This document shows positions 38,836-49,336 of a stretch of 64,000 nt of DNA, in pieces. Numbering within the stretch: the first letter of the stretch is position 1; each line of letters opens with the position of its first letter. The stretch comes from an uncultured Erysipelotrichaceae bacterium (GTDB lineage: Bacteria > Bacillota_I > Bacilli_A > RF39 > UBA660). A model generated the notes under the pieces. It made no database searches. It was given only the letters and a program-made list of their open reading frames with translations, and had not been told where the DNA came from. The position numbers and the translations under genes were made by a program. Where the stretch lies: the NCBI GenBank assembly GCA_902795215.1, contig CADBKG010000004.1:17259-81258 (forward strand), read 5' to 3'.

Positions 38836-40017
38836 ATGAAGGAAAAGATAATTATAGTAGTGTGCATTATACTTGCATTTATTGGAGGAGTAATAGTAGG
38901 TAAAACCTTTTTAACAGAGAAAAATGAAGAGCAAATTAATAATATTGATATTAAATATAATAAAGGAGATAAGTACTATATTATTAAAGGTGATTACAAG
39001 GGCGAATATGATTACCAAGAAATAGATTTATCAGATGGTTTTGAAGATACTGACGAAGAAATAAATGATAGAGTTAAATTATTTAATACTACTGAAATTT
39101 TTGATTATAATCAGTATTATGAATTTTGTGAAAAATGGAATTTAGATATAAAGTATAAAGATGATGATAATAATTATATGGTAATATCATATGCTGCAAT
39201 TGGACACCCTATTGTAAAAGCAAGAATTGCAAATGTAATAGAAAAAAACAATAAAGTAACAGTGTACTTATGGGAAAATATAGGAGGAGTCACTGCAGAT
39301 ATAGGCGCTTATTTCATAGCAATTCCTATAAGCGGAAAAACATATAAAAAAGAAGTAAACACAACTTATACAAATGAAGAATATAAAAACATTGTTAAAT
39401 ATAATTCTAAAAATAATCCTAACGAAATAGTGGTGGATAAACCAATAATATATATTTATCCAGAGGAAGAAATAAATGTTAATGTTAAACTTAAAAATTC
39501 ATCATTAATAACAACATCTTATCCAAAATATAATGACGGATGGAATGTTACAGCAGAGCCAAGTGGATTATTAAAGGATCCTAAAACTAATAGAACTTAT
39601 TATGGTTTATATTATGAAGGTAAGAATAATAATGTATCTATGACAAAAGATGGATTTGTTGTTAAACGAGAAGATACAATTAATTTCTTAGAAGAAAAAC
39701 TAGAAATACTTGGATTAAATGAAAGAGAAGCTAATGAATTTATTATTTATTGGTTACCTAAACTAGAAGCAAATGAATATAACTATATTAGATTTGAAAC
39801 TAAAGAAGAAATAGAAAATTATATGCCACTTGAAATTAATCCAAAACCTGATACTATTATTAGAGTTATGATGAATTATAAAGCATTAGATAAAGAAATA
39901 AAAGTACAAGAACAAGAACTAACTCCTCAAACAAGAAATGGATATACTGTTGTTGAATGGGGTGGAAGCGAAATAAAATATAAAAAGGAGATACAATTAT
40001 GGAAAAAGAAGAAGTAA
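38836..40017 (+). CDS. Membrane-anchored protein of unknown function
   Basis: 393 aa; N-terminal TM segment IIIVVCIILAFIGGVIVG; RBS TAGGAG. Confidence 0.5.
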   Translation: MKEKIIIVVCIILAFIGGVIVGKTFLTEKNEEQINNIDIKYNKGDKYYIIKGDYKGEYDYQEIDLSDGFEDTDEEINDRVKLFNTTEIFDYNQYYEFCEKWNLDIKYKDDDNNYMVISYAAIGHPIVKARIANVIEKNNKVTVYLWENIGGVTADIGAYFIAIPISGKTYKKEVNTTYTNEEYKNIVKYNSKNNPNEIVVDKPIIYIYPEEEINVNVKLKNSSLITTSYPKYNDGWNVTAEPSGLLKDPKTNRTYYGLYYEGKNNNVSMTKDGFVVKREDTINFLEEKLEILGLNEREANEFIIYWLPKLEANEYNYIRFETKEEIENYMPLEINPKPDTIIRVMMNYKALDKEIKVQEQELTPQTRNGYTVVEWGGSEIKYKKEIQLWKKKK

Positions 40018-40355
40018 TATCTTTAATGAATAAAATTGAAAAAGAAAAGGCGCAGAGAAAGATTGATTATTGGCAAACTGTTGGAAGTTCATTTTTGGAA
40101 AGTGATGGATTAGAAGAAAAATGGTGTTCATTTGTAGAACAACAAGCAAATGATGATTTTGCAAGAGGTGCATTAATAGATGAAACTTTACAAATAATAT
40201 CTATGATTAAATCAAATATTCCTACTGAAAAAATTGCTTTAACAATTGAACAAATAAGTGGTGGACAAACAATTTTAGATGATTACCTAGGCGCTTTTAT
40301 TCATCCTGAAATTCTAGATGAAATAAAATCATATTTGAATTCAAAAACAAGATAA
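39999..40355 (+). CDS. Hypothetical protein
   Basis: 118-aa ORF overlapping the upstream gene's end; RBS AAAAGGAG. Confidence 0.45.
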   Translation: MEKEEVISLMNKIEKEKAQRKIDYWQTVGSSFLESDGLEEKWCSFVEQQANDDFARGALIDETLQIISMIKSNIPTEKIALTIEQISGGQTILDDYLGAFIHPEILDEIKSYLNSKTR

Positions 40356-40470
40356 GTATTATTATTTAATTAATATATAGTTTAAGGCAATTCTGCTTTT
40401 TGTAGAGTTGTTTTTTTATGTTCACTCATATTAGGCATATTGCATATAAATAATATGAGGATGTGAGAAT

Positions 40471-40754
40471 ATGGATAACTTAGATAGAGCGTTAAAAGGT
40501 ATTGTTATAGATGCAGGGCATGGTGGTGTAGATAGCGGGGCAGTTGGTAATGGTCTTGTTGAAAAGGACTTAACATTAGAGATAAGCAAATACATGTATG
40601 ATAGATTTAAAAGTATGGGAGTTCCTGTTTCATTAACGCGTGATTCTGATATAACTTTATCATCTGATAATAGACCAAGTGTTGTTTTAAATAAATATGG
40701 TAATTCTAGTGATATATTAGTACTTTCTAACCATATAAATGCGGGTGGAGGCGA
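40471..40754 (+). pseudogene. N-acetylmuramoyl-L-alanine amidase (Amidase_3, CwlC-like), fragment 1 of 3, interrupted by element A
   Basis: IVIDAGHGGVDSGAVGNGLVEKDLTLEI...LSNHINAGGG matches the N-terminal half of Amidase_3. After 40754 the frame reads unrelated sequence to a stop at 40791. Confidence 0.85.
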
Positions 40755-40823
40755 TGGTCAAAGTGTAACAAACATTAAGTATAACAATTAAAGCCTAAAA
40801 ATAATAAGAAATGGAGAAATGTT

Positions 40824-41174
40824 ATGAATATTAGTTACACTAAAAAAGGTGATTATTTATTACCTAATTTAATATTAAAAGAAAAAGTACAATATAATAT
40901 AGGAAAATATGGATTATTAAGACTAGAGTATATTAAGAAAGAAAAATTAGGATTATATTTTGATTTACTTGTTAATGATACTTTAAATGAATATCTTCAT
41001 GATATAGATAATATTGTTATGGAGAAAGTGCAAAGTTTAATTAAAGAACTTGCTGAAAAAGAAAATATAAATGATAAGTTAAAACAAGATAATCAAATGC
41101 TTTGGGTAAGTAAAATGAATAATATTAAAAATAGAGCAGAAGAAATAATTCTAAAGGAGTATATCTATGTGTGA
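40824..41174 (+). CDS. tnpV: TnpV-like transposon-associated protein
   Basis: YTKKGDYLLPNL...QDNQMLWVSKMNNIKNRAEEIILKE resembles TnpV of Tn4451-family elements. Confidence 0.7.
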   Translation: MNISYTKKGDYLLPNLILKEKVQYNIGKYGLLRLEYIKKEKLGLYFDLLVNDTLNEYLHDIDNIVMEKVQSLIKELAEKENINDKLKQDNQMLWVSKMNNIKNRAEEIILKEYIYV

Positions 41175-41534
41175 TACTTACCGGTATGTATTAATTATGA
41201 TAACTATCTAAAAGAATTTGTAATACCTGATGTAGTAGCCTTTTATATAGCAGATAATTTTTATAAAAAAGTACTTTCTAAAGCGCCACTATATAATCAT
41301 ATTAATTCAGCAATAGATATATTTAATGTAAGATGTGATATAGATAAACTAATACCATCTATAAAGAAGATACTAAGAATTAAATATAATTTAAGAATAG
41401 TAAAAGATAATCCGATGATATTAAAGAAATTTTATTAAAAAGAAGAACTCTATCAGATTTAAACGATAGAGTTTTTATATTAATTAAACTGATGATTCAT
41501 GTGTTATAATAATAGATAATTTTGGAGGTACTAT

Positions 41535-42473
41535 ATGACAGATGAACAAATAAAAGAAATTACTAAGAATTTAACAGAAGATCAGATTAAACAATTATTA
41601 AAAATGTTGACTGAAAAGGATTTGAATACTTTAAAAGAAAAACTAGAAAAATCAGTTAATAATAATTTTATAATTCCATTAAGGAAGGCAAATAAACAAA
41701 ATATCAAATTATTATATAAAAATAATGATATTCGTAGAGAGACAACTAATTTATTAAATCAATCATTAATATCAATTAAGAATATACATTATTTAATAAG
41801 TAAAAAATCATTAGTAGATGCAAATACTTTATTAAGGTCATGCTTTGAAAATATAGTTATGGCTATGATGATATATTTTGATGACGAAACATACAATGAA
41901 TTTAAAATACTTGGATTAAAAGATGAGGAAAGAGAATATACAAATCTTTCTAAATTAAGGAATGGCTTAAAAAAGAAATTAAAAACAATAAGTCCAGAAA
42001 TGTTTAGCGAGATGAATAATAGAACAATAGGACACTTGTTAAAAGAATTTTATGATAAACTTTGTTTATATACTCATAGCACTTTAGTTGTTAACGCGAT
42101 GATAGAAGTTGGAATAAATAATGATGAAGATTTATTTATTTCTATTAACAAAGTAAATGTATATTTTTTAGAGATATTGGTTTATGCGTGTTTAAAATAT
42201 TTAAGTAAGAATGAAGAAATGTCAATAGATATTACTTATATACTATTTGGAATGTTTTTAATGTTATCAAGAATAGATAAAGATAAATATTCTGACGAAT
42301 ATATGAAAAGATATAATGATTTATTACATCCAGATATAAATGGTGAATATTTTAAAAAGAATACTCAAGATATAATAGAAATTCAAAAAATGGCAAAAGA
42401 GGTTAACCAAGCTATAGAAGATAATCCGGTTGCAATTATTAATTTATTAACTGAGTTATTAAAAGAATTTTAG
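41535..42473 (+). CDS. Hypothetical protein
   Basis: 312-aa ORF with RBS GGAGGT; helical; no confident motif. Confidence 0.45.
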   Translation: MTDEQIKEITKNLTEDQIKQLLKMLTEKDLNTLKEKLEKSVNNNFIIPLRKANKQNIKLLYKNNDIRRETTNLLNQSLISIKNIHYLISKKSLVDANTLLRSCFENIVMAMMIYFDDETYNEFKILGLKDEEREYTNLSKLRNGLKKKLKTISPEMFSEMNNRTIGHLLKEFYDKLCLYTHSTLVVNAMIEVGINNDEDLFISINKVNVYFLEILVYACLKYLSKNEEMSIDITYILFGMFLMLSRIDKDKYSDEYMKRYNDLLHPDINGEYFKKNTQDIIEIQKMAKEVNQAIEDNPVAIINLLTELLKEF

Positions 42474-42654
42474 AAATACAATTATTGTCTAGCCAGCACT
42501 GAATTTGTACTCCCGTACAAAATTCTTTTGTGGGATTACTCCCAAACCCTATTTTAAAAATTAAAAATTTGTAAGTATTTCAATGTCAAAATTAAAAATT
42601 TGTCGAATTATATGTTATAATAATATTGATTTGAAACTTTAGGAGTGAGAGAGT

Positions 42655-43311
42655 ATGAAAGAAAAATGTGGAGTAATTTATATATTAACTAATCCATCAT
42701 TTCCAGAGTATATCAAAATTGGATATGCTGACGATGTTGAAGCAAGAGTAAAACAATTAAATATTTCTGAGGCTGTTCCTTTTTCATTTCATATTTATGC
42801 TACTTTTGATGTAACTGAGAGATTAACTGATATAAAATTACACAAGTTTATAGATACTATAAATCCAGAACTTAGAAGTAAAGAAAAAATAGGAGATAAA
42901 ATTAGAGTTAGAGAATTTTATCATATGAGCCCAGAAGAAATGTATTCTGCATTTGAAAGTATGGCTGAAATAAATGGAACAACCAATAGACTTCATTTAT
43001 GGAAAGAAACAAATGAAGAAATAGAAGATAGGAAAGAAGCATTGTTATTATCAAAAAATAGACATCATTTTAAAAATATAAATTTTCATTCAAGTTTAAC
43101 AGGAAAAGATTATTATTCTAAAACAAATGAAGATGGAACTCTAGGTATATATGAAAAAGATACAGATAATGAAGTTCCAAATAATTCAAATCCCTCAAAA
43201 CGTCAAATTTTATATTCAGCACTTGAAGATTTAGGCGGAGATGTATCTAGTGGAAATACTTTATATCAATTAGAGCACAAATTAGAGAAAATTTTAGTTA
43301 GTAGGAAGTGA
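42655..43311 (+). CDS. GIY-YIG-like T5orf172 (MUG113) domain protein
   Basis: GVIYILTNPSFPEYIKIGYADDVEARVKQLN is the typical T5orf172 N-terminus. Confidence 0.65.
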   Translation: MKEKCGVIYILTNPSFPEYIKIGYADDVEARVKQLNISEAVPFSFHIYATFDVTERLTDIKLHKFIDTINPELRSKEKIGDKIRVREFYHMSPEEMYSAFESMAEINGTTNRLHLWKETNEEIEDRKEALLLSKNRHHFKNINFHSSLTGKDYYSKTNEDGTLGIYEKDTDNEVPNNSNPSKRQILYSALEDLGGDVSSGNTLYQLEHKLEKILVSRK

Positions 43312-43315
43312 TATT

Positions 43316-44437
43316 ATGGCTAATAACGAAAGTTTGAAAAGAGCAAAAAAAGAAAAAGATGATGAATTTTATACTGAATACTCAGACATAGAAAAAGAAA
43401 TGAATGCTTATCTAGAATATAACCCAAATGTTTTTAAAAATAAAACGATACTACTTCCATGTGATGATCCAGAGTGGAGTAATTTTACTAGATATTTTGC
43501 TCAAAATTTTGAATTACTAGGACTTAAAAAACTTATAAGTACCAGCTATGCTAACGATAAAAAAAGTGCAGTATTTGTTCAATTATCACTATTTGAGCAA
43601 GAAAGTCCTAAATTTGATAAGAATAAGACTAATTCACATGGGAAAATATTTACATTAGATAGAGATACAAATAAATCGGGTAGAATTGATATAAATGATT
43701 TAGAATGGGACTATCTAAAAGGAGATGGAGATTTTAGATCTGACGAAGTAAAAAAATTAAGAGATGAAGCTGATATTATTATAACTAATCCCCCTTTTTC
43801 ATTATTTAGAGAATTTCTTTCGTGGCTAATAGAATCTGGTAAGCAGTTTATCATTATTGGAAATGAAAATGATGCAACTACCAAGGAAACATTTCCATTA
43901 GTAAGAGACGGTGTTATGTGGTTAGGAAAAAATGCTGGTGATATGTCATTTAAAGTACCAAAAGATTCAGAACCACGAGAGACAAGATTTTGGATAGACG
44001 AAAAAGGGCAAAAATGGCGCAGTATGGGTAATATATGTTGGTATACTAATATTGACTTAAAAAGACGTCATACTGTACTTAATTTGATGACTATGCACGA
44101 TAACTTAAGATATAACAAACCTTTAATAAAAAAATTAGAAAAAGATTATGGACTAAAAACTTATCCAAAATTTGATAATTATAATGCTTTAGAAGTTCCT
44201 AGATATGATGCTATTCCATCTGATTACGATGGTGTAATGGGTGTACCAATAACATTTCTTAAACTACATAATCCCAGACAATTTAGAATAATAGGTCATA
44301 CTCATTCTGGAGATACAACACCAGAAGTGGAAAAGTTGAGAACTATTCCATCTAAACGTCACAGAGGCCATATTAATGGGAAACAGATTTATGATAGAAT
44401 TTTAATTCAGAAAGTGGATGGTGAAAATGAAAACTAG
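43316..44437 (+). CDS. EcoRI-methylase-like N6-adenine DNA methyltransferase
   Basis: [16 protein letters not shown]-terminus and catalytic [14 protein letters not shown] (NPPF) motif. Confidence 0.75.
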   Translation: MANNESLKRAKKEKDDEFYTEYSDIEKEMNAYLEYNPNVFKNKTILLPCDDPEWSNFTRYFAQNFELLGLKKLISTSYANDKKSAVFVQLSLFEQESPKFDKNKTNSHGKIFTLDRDTNKSGRIDINDLEWDYLKGDGDFRSDEVKKLRDEADIIITNPPFSLFREFLSWLIESGKQFIIIGNENDATTKETFPLVRDGVMWLGKNAGDMSFKVPKDSEPRETRFWIDEKGQKWRSMGNICWYTNIDLKRRHTVLNLMTMHDNLRYNKPLIKKLEKDYGLKTYPKFDNYNALEVPRYDAIPSDYDGVMGVPITFLKLHNPRQFRIIGHTHSGDTTPEVEKLRTIPSKRHRGHINGKQIYDRILIQKVDGENEN

Positions 44438-45611
44438 ATTAAGGACAGATTTAACTATTAGACAGATATGTGAAGGATTTCAATATAGTGAATCTGAAGA
44501 AAAAGGATTATTTGGTTGGGCAGGTAAATTAACTATTCAACCAGAATATCAAAGAAATTATATTTACGCTAATGGAAAAGATGATGTTGCTGTTATTGAT
44601 TCTTTATTAAAGGGTTATCCTATAGGATTAATTTATTTTGTTGAAACAGAAAAAGATAAATATGAAATTCTTGATGGACAACAAAGAATAACTAGTATAG
44701 GTAGATATGTAACTAATAAATTTGCATGGATTGATGAAAACGATATTCCATATAAATTTGAGTCACTTCCAAAAGATAAACAAGATAAAATATATAACAC
44801 CGAATTAACCATTTATATTTGCAGTGGTGAAGAGTCTGAAATAAAAGAATGGTTTAAAACAATTAATATTGCTGGTAAGCCATTAAATAACCAAGAATTG
44901 TTGAATTCTATTTATAGTGGACCATTTATTACTAAAGCAAAAGAGGTATTTAGTAATTCACAAAATTCTAATTTACATAAGTGGTTGAGTTATATGAAGG
45001 TTGAAGTAAAAAGACAAGGATTATTAGAAGTCGCTTTATCATGGGTTTCAAAAGATTGGGAAAAAGATGGTAATCTTGAAAAATATATGGCAGATCATAG
45101 ACATGATGATAATATTAATGAATTAACTTCATATTTTAATGATGTTATTAACTGGGTTTCAACTATATTTATTGATGTAAAAGATGAAATGCAATATATT
45201 AATTGGGGAAAAATGTACGAAAAGTATCATAAAAATCCTTATAATTCTAATGATGTTTCAAGAAAATTAAATGAATTATATAGTGATTACTTTGTAAATG
45301 ATAAAAAAGGTTGTTATGAGTATATATTAAATGGTTGTAAACAAGAAGATACAAAATTACTTAATATTAGACTTTTTGATGAGCCAACAAAAAAGACAGT
45401 ATATGAAAGTCAAACACAAAATGCTAAAATTAAGAACATTTCTAATTGCCCAATGTGTGTAATCGAAAACTTATCTAATAAAACAAAAATATGGGATTAT
45501 AAAGATATGGATGCTGATCATGTAACTGCATGGAGCAAAGGGGGATCTACTGACATTAGTAATTGTCAAATGCTATGTAGAACACATAATCATATTAAAG
45601 GAAATAGATAA
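44418..45611 (+). CDS. DUF262 (ParB-like nuclease) plus HNH endonuclease fusion, GmrSD-type type IV restriction-like
   Basis: [11 protein letters not shown] and [10 protein letters not shown] (DGQQR) motifs; C-terminal [35 protein letters not shown]. Confidence 0.75.
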   Translation: MVKMKTRLRTDLTIRQICEGFQYSESEEKGLFGWAGKLTIQPEYQRNYIYANGKDDVAVIDSLLKGYPIGLIYFVETEKDKYEILDGQQRITSIGRYVTNKFAWIDENDIPYKFESLPKDKQDKIYNTELTIYICSGEESEIKEWFKTINIAGKPLNNQELLNSIYSGPFITKAKEVFSNSQNSNLHKWLSYMKVEVKRQGLLEVALSWVSKDWEKDGNLEKYMADHRHDDNINELTSYFNDVINWVSTIFIDVKDEMQYINWGKMYEKYHKNPYNSNDVSRKLNELYSDYFVNDKKGCYEYILNGCKQEDTKLLNIRLFDEPTKKTVYESQTQNAKIKNISNCPMCVIENLSNKTKIWDYKDMDADHVTAWSKGGSTDISNCQMLCRTHNHIKGNR

Positions 45612-45617
45612 TATTAA

Positions 45618-45667
45618 AGCGCTAGTACAGGCTTAAATATGTTTAAGTTTTTGTATTGCGCTTTTTT
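45618..45667 (+). repeat. Second copy of the terminator-like hairpin element (see 36546-36593)
   Basis: AGCGCTAGTACAGGCTT...AAGTTTTTGTATTGCGC plus TTTTTT. Confidence 0.6.
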
Positions 45668-45684
45668 AGTAGTAGGAGGTAGTG

Positions 45685-46875
45685 ATGTTAAGAATATATA
45701 TAGGACCTAATGGTTATGGAAAGACATATGCAATTAATAGTAAAATAGAAGAATTAAAAAAAGAGGATAAAAATAGAAAAGATATAATAATACTAAATTC
45801 TGAAATAGTTTTTGCAGATGAGATGAAGGATAGTGTTAATAATTCATTTGTTATGGAATATTTAATAGAAGAATTATTAGAAAATGATGATATTAATACT
45901 GCAAAAAATAATTATGAAAAATTAATAGACAAAAATGTAGAAGAGAATAAAAAAATGTATAATGATATTATGAATGAAGTGTTATCTCTTAATAATCAAC
46001 AGAGAAAAAAAGATGTTATAGATACTACATCTAGTAAAGAACATAAAAAACTTATCAAAATAAATTCAGATGATTTAAAGAATTCTATGGGTAGCGGTCA
46101 AAAATTGCAATTTTTATTAAAATTAATTGAAAAAAGCAATAAAAAATATATATTTTTAGACGAACCAGAGAATCATACACATCCTTCATTATTACACATT
46201 ACAGCTGGATTGATTAATAAGTTGAGTATAGATAAAGATGTGTGTATTGCAACTCATTCTCCAGAATTACTAAGTTTGTTAAATATTGATTTTAATGAAT
46301 TATATATTTTTAATGATCCAAATTATGGGAACCCTAAGAAAATAAATTTTAATGATGCGGTATCTATTTCAAAATCTATACATTTAGATAATTTAAATAA
46401 TAAATCAAAAACTTATTATAACGCATTAAGCTTTAAAAAAAATATAATAGAGTTACATAAAAAAGAATTTTTTGAGGCTATTTTTTCAAAAAAAGTATAT
46501 ATGATTGAAGGTATTAATGACTTATTATTTTTAAAATCATTATTAGTAAAAAATCTTGAGCAATATAATCAATATAGTATTTTTCAATGTTATGGAAAAC
46601 CTCATTATTTGCCTTTTATTAATGTTTTTGAACAATTAGGGATTGAGGTTGTGCCTTTATTTGATATTGACGATAAAAATGATAGCAATAATGTTTTGAT
46701 TAATGAAGAAATAAAAAAATGTAAGAAATATTTAGAATTTGACGATAATTTAGAAAATGAATTGAATTATTTGGGGAAAAAGACTGATACTACAGCTTTT
46801 ATTGAGTTTTTGGATAACTTTAATAATTATAAAAAATATAGTTCTATATTTGATGGAAGTGATGAAAATGTTTAA
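45685..46875 (+). CDS. Compact OLD-family protein (ABC-type ATPase plus Toprim)
   Basis: Walker A GPNGYGKT, signature-like MGSGQK, Walker B YIFLDEPENHTHP, ATHS; then Toprim-like VYMIEGINDLLF and PLFDIDDKND. Confidence 0.6.
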   Translation: MLRIYIGPNGYGKTYAINSKIEELKKEDKNRKDIIILNSEIVFADEMKDSVNNSFVMEYLIEELLENDDINTAKNNYEKLIDKNVEENKKMYNDIMNEVLSLNNQQRKKDVIDTTSSKEHKKLIKINSDDLKNSMGSGQKLQFLLKLIEKSNKKYIFLDEPENHTHPSLLHITAGLINKLSIDKDVCIATHSPELLSLLNIDFNELYIFNDPNYGNPKKINFNDAVSISKSIHLDNLNNKSKTYYNALSFKKNIIELHKKEFFEAIFSKKVYMIEGINDLLFLKSLLVKNLEQYNQYSIFQCYGKPHYLPFINVFEQLGIEVVPLFDIDDKNDSNNVLINEEIKKCKKYLEFDDNLENELNYLGKKTDTTAFIEFLDNFNNYKKYSSIFDGSDENV

Positions 46876-49180
46876 TATATTAAATTTAGATCCATTAGAA
46901 TTTGAAAAGTTTTGTATGGATTTTATGGAGAAAAAATTAAATACAAAATTTAAAAGATTTGGTCCGGGAAAAGATGATGGAATTGATTTAATAAGTTTAG
47001 ATGGAAAAATTATATGTCAATGCAAACGTTATAAGGACTCATTAAATTTAAAAACAGTTTGTCAAAATGAATATAATAAAATAAAAAACACAGAATTTGA
47101 AAAATACTATTTACTTACAACTGCAGAACTGGGTAAAAAAATAGTAGAAAATATATATGAAATTTTTCACGAATATATGGATGATTACTCTTATATAATA
47201 GGGAAAACAGATATTGATGACTTTTTATCTGACACTAATAATATAGATGTTTTGAAAAAAAATCATAAATTATGGCTATCTTCATCTATTGTTTTAGATT
47301 TGTATTTAAATAGATATTCTGATGCAATAAGTAAGGTAATTATAAATGATTTTGAAAATGAAACAAAATTTTTTGTTGAAACCAAAGCTTATTATAATGC
47401 AGTGGATATTATTAATTCAAATGGAATAATCTTATTTGTCGGAGATCCTGGTATTGGAAAAACAATAACATCAAAAATGTTAATAAGATATCTTTTAGCA
47501 AATAATAAAGATTATAAATTGACAACAGTATCTAATAACGACTTATCAAAATTAATAGAGTCTGTACATCAAAATGATGATCCTGAAATAATATTTTTAG
47601 ATGATTTTTTAGGTCAAACTTCATTATCTTTAGATGATAAGTTGATTAATGATTTAAAAAATTTATTGAAGTTAACTACAATTTTTAATAATAAGAAGGT
47701 TATATTAAATAGTAGAATTACTATTTTAAACAAGGCAAAACATGAAAAAGAAGAATTTGAAAAATTATTAGATGAAATAGGTATAAAAGAGTGCCTAATT
47801 GATGTAAATGATTTAAGTCAATTAGATAGGGCGAGAATATTGTATAACTTAATGTATCATAATGGTGTTACAAAAGAATCATTTAATACTATAAAAAAAG
47901 ATAACAATTATAATTTAATAATTAATCATAAATCTTTTAATACACGAATCATTGAAATGTGTTGCAAAAGATCTAATAGGGTAGCTTCTGAGAATTTTTT
48001 TAATTATATTATTGAATCATTAAATAATCCAAAAGATATTTGGAAAAGTGAGTTTGAGAGAATAGAAACGTGTGATGTAGTCCTAATGTATCAATTGTAT
48101 ACATTAGGAAATAATTATATACCAGTTGATTGCCTTCATAAATCTGTTACAAATTATCTTTGTAATTCTAATTCTGAAGTTGAAAAATATAGCTTTGAAG
48201 ATTCAATAAATAGATTGAGTAAGTCATTAATAGGAATTGCAATATTAGGCAAGAAAAAATATATAAGTGTTCTAAATCCATCTATTAATGACTATATTCA
48301 GAATTACCTTTTAGATAATTTGGCTGAATTAAAGAAAATTTATGATAATGCATTATATATAGAGCAAATAGATAAAATAGTGAATATTTTACCATCTATT
48401 TTAGAAGATAAAATTGAGGGCTTTGAAAAATTAATTGCATATAATCAATATAATTCGTTCATGAGTAATCAATATTTAGACAAAAAGAAGAAAATTAATT
48501 TTATATTAAAAAATAAATATTTTGATAAAAATTTAATTAATTATATTAGTGATTTATTTAATATAGATATTGGTGGAAATTATTTAATTAAAATGGCAAT
48601 GGACGAGAAAATACGAGAATATTATAATTTAGAAGAAAAACTATCTAATATGGATTTAGTTTCAAAGAGGTTTTGTGATGCAGACTATGATTATATAGAG
48701 GAATTATTTGATTATTATTCAACTCAAAAAATTCCATTAACTATTATTGAAGAAAGTTTAGAAGAAATATATGTAAATGCTTTAGAACAAAAATTGACAA
48801 TTATTGGTGAAGAATATGCAAAAGAATTGATAAATGAAGCATCTGCAGATGAAAAATTTGTTGGTGAAATAGAAGAAATTGAGGTAAATAGTGATTTTGT
48901 ATATGAATTAAGAACACAAGTAGAGGATGAAATTAAAAGTCAAAGTTTTGAATTGATTAACTTAATTAAAGAAAAAGGTTATGAGATGGAAAATATTAAA
49001 ATAGATGTAGACATAATAATTGATAATATTTGTATTGAGATGCTTCTTGATGACGATTTGACGTCATTTTTAAAGGACTTAGCTGTAGAGAATATGGAAT
49101 ATGATTATTCAGATATGGGAGCACGTGATACAATTACAATTGATGATATATTTAATCAAGAATATGACATTATTAATTAA
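46862..49180 (+). CDS. Mrr-like nuclease fused to a STAND/NACHT-like P-loop NTPase with a helical C-terminal region
   Basis: N-terminal GPGKDDGIDL...IICQCKRYK (Mrr_cat-like); Walker A GDPGIGKTITS; Walker B IIFLDDFLGQ. The start at 46862 overlaps the upstream stop. Confidence 0.6.
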   Translation: MKMFNILNLDPLEFEKFCMDFMEKKLNTKFKRFGPGKDDGIDLISLDGKIICQCKRYKDSLNLKTVCQNEYNKIKNTEFEKYYLLTTAELGKKIVENIYEIFHEYMDDYSYIIGKTDIDDFLSDTNNIDVLKKNHKLWLSSSIVLDLYLNRYSDAISKVIINDFENETKFFVETKAYYNAVDIINSNGIILFVGDPGIGKTITSKMLIRYLLANNKDYKLTTVSNNDLSKLIESVHQNDDPEIIFLDDFLGQTSLSLDDKLINDLKNLLKLTTIFNNKKVILNSRITILNKAKHEKEEFEKLLDEIGIKECLIDVNDLSQLDRARILYNLMYHNGVTKESFNTIKKDNNYNLIINHKSFNTRIIEMCCKRSNRVASENFFNYIIESLNNPKDIWKSEFERIETCDVVLMYQLYTLGNNYIPVDCLHKSVTNYLCNSNSEVEKYSFEDSINRLSKSLIGIAILGKKKYISVLNPSINDYIQNYLLDNLAELKKIYDNALYIEQIDKIVNILPSILEDKIEGFEKLIAYNQYNSFMSNQYLDKKKKINFILKNKYFDKNLINYISDLFNIDIGGNYLIKMAMDEKIREYYNLEEKLSNMDLVSKRFCDADYDYIEELFDYYSTQKIPLTIIEESLEEIYVNALEQKLTIIGEEYAKELINEASADEKFVGEIEEIEVNSDFVYELRTQVEDEIKSQSFELINLIKEKGYEMENIKIDVDIIIDNICIEMLLDDDLTSFLKDLAVENMEYDYSDMGARDTITIDDIFNQEYDIIN

Positions 49181-49336
49181 TGAAAAAATAATATATGGGA
49201 GTACAGTTTGTATTCCTTTTTTCTTTTTTGTACAATATCTTTTTATTTTTATTTGATGTAAGATGGAAACACCTAGGAGAAGTAGTATGTAAAAGTGCAC
49301 TTTTATAAAGATATATTTTATGTATGATTCTATAGA

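Noticed and set aside
41172-41174. Possibility that TGA encodes Trp (genetic code 4), which would fuse tnpV to the downstream frame
   Set aside because: TGA clearly terminates well-conserved genes here, for example the YitT-family gene at 11390-11392 and the prfB frameshift stop at 9524-9526. Standard code 11 therefore applies.
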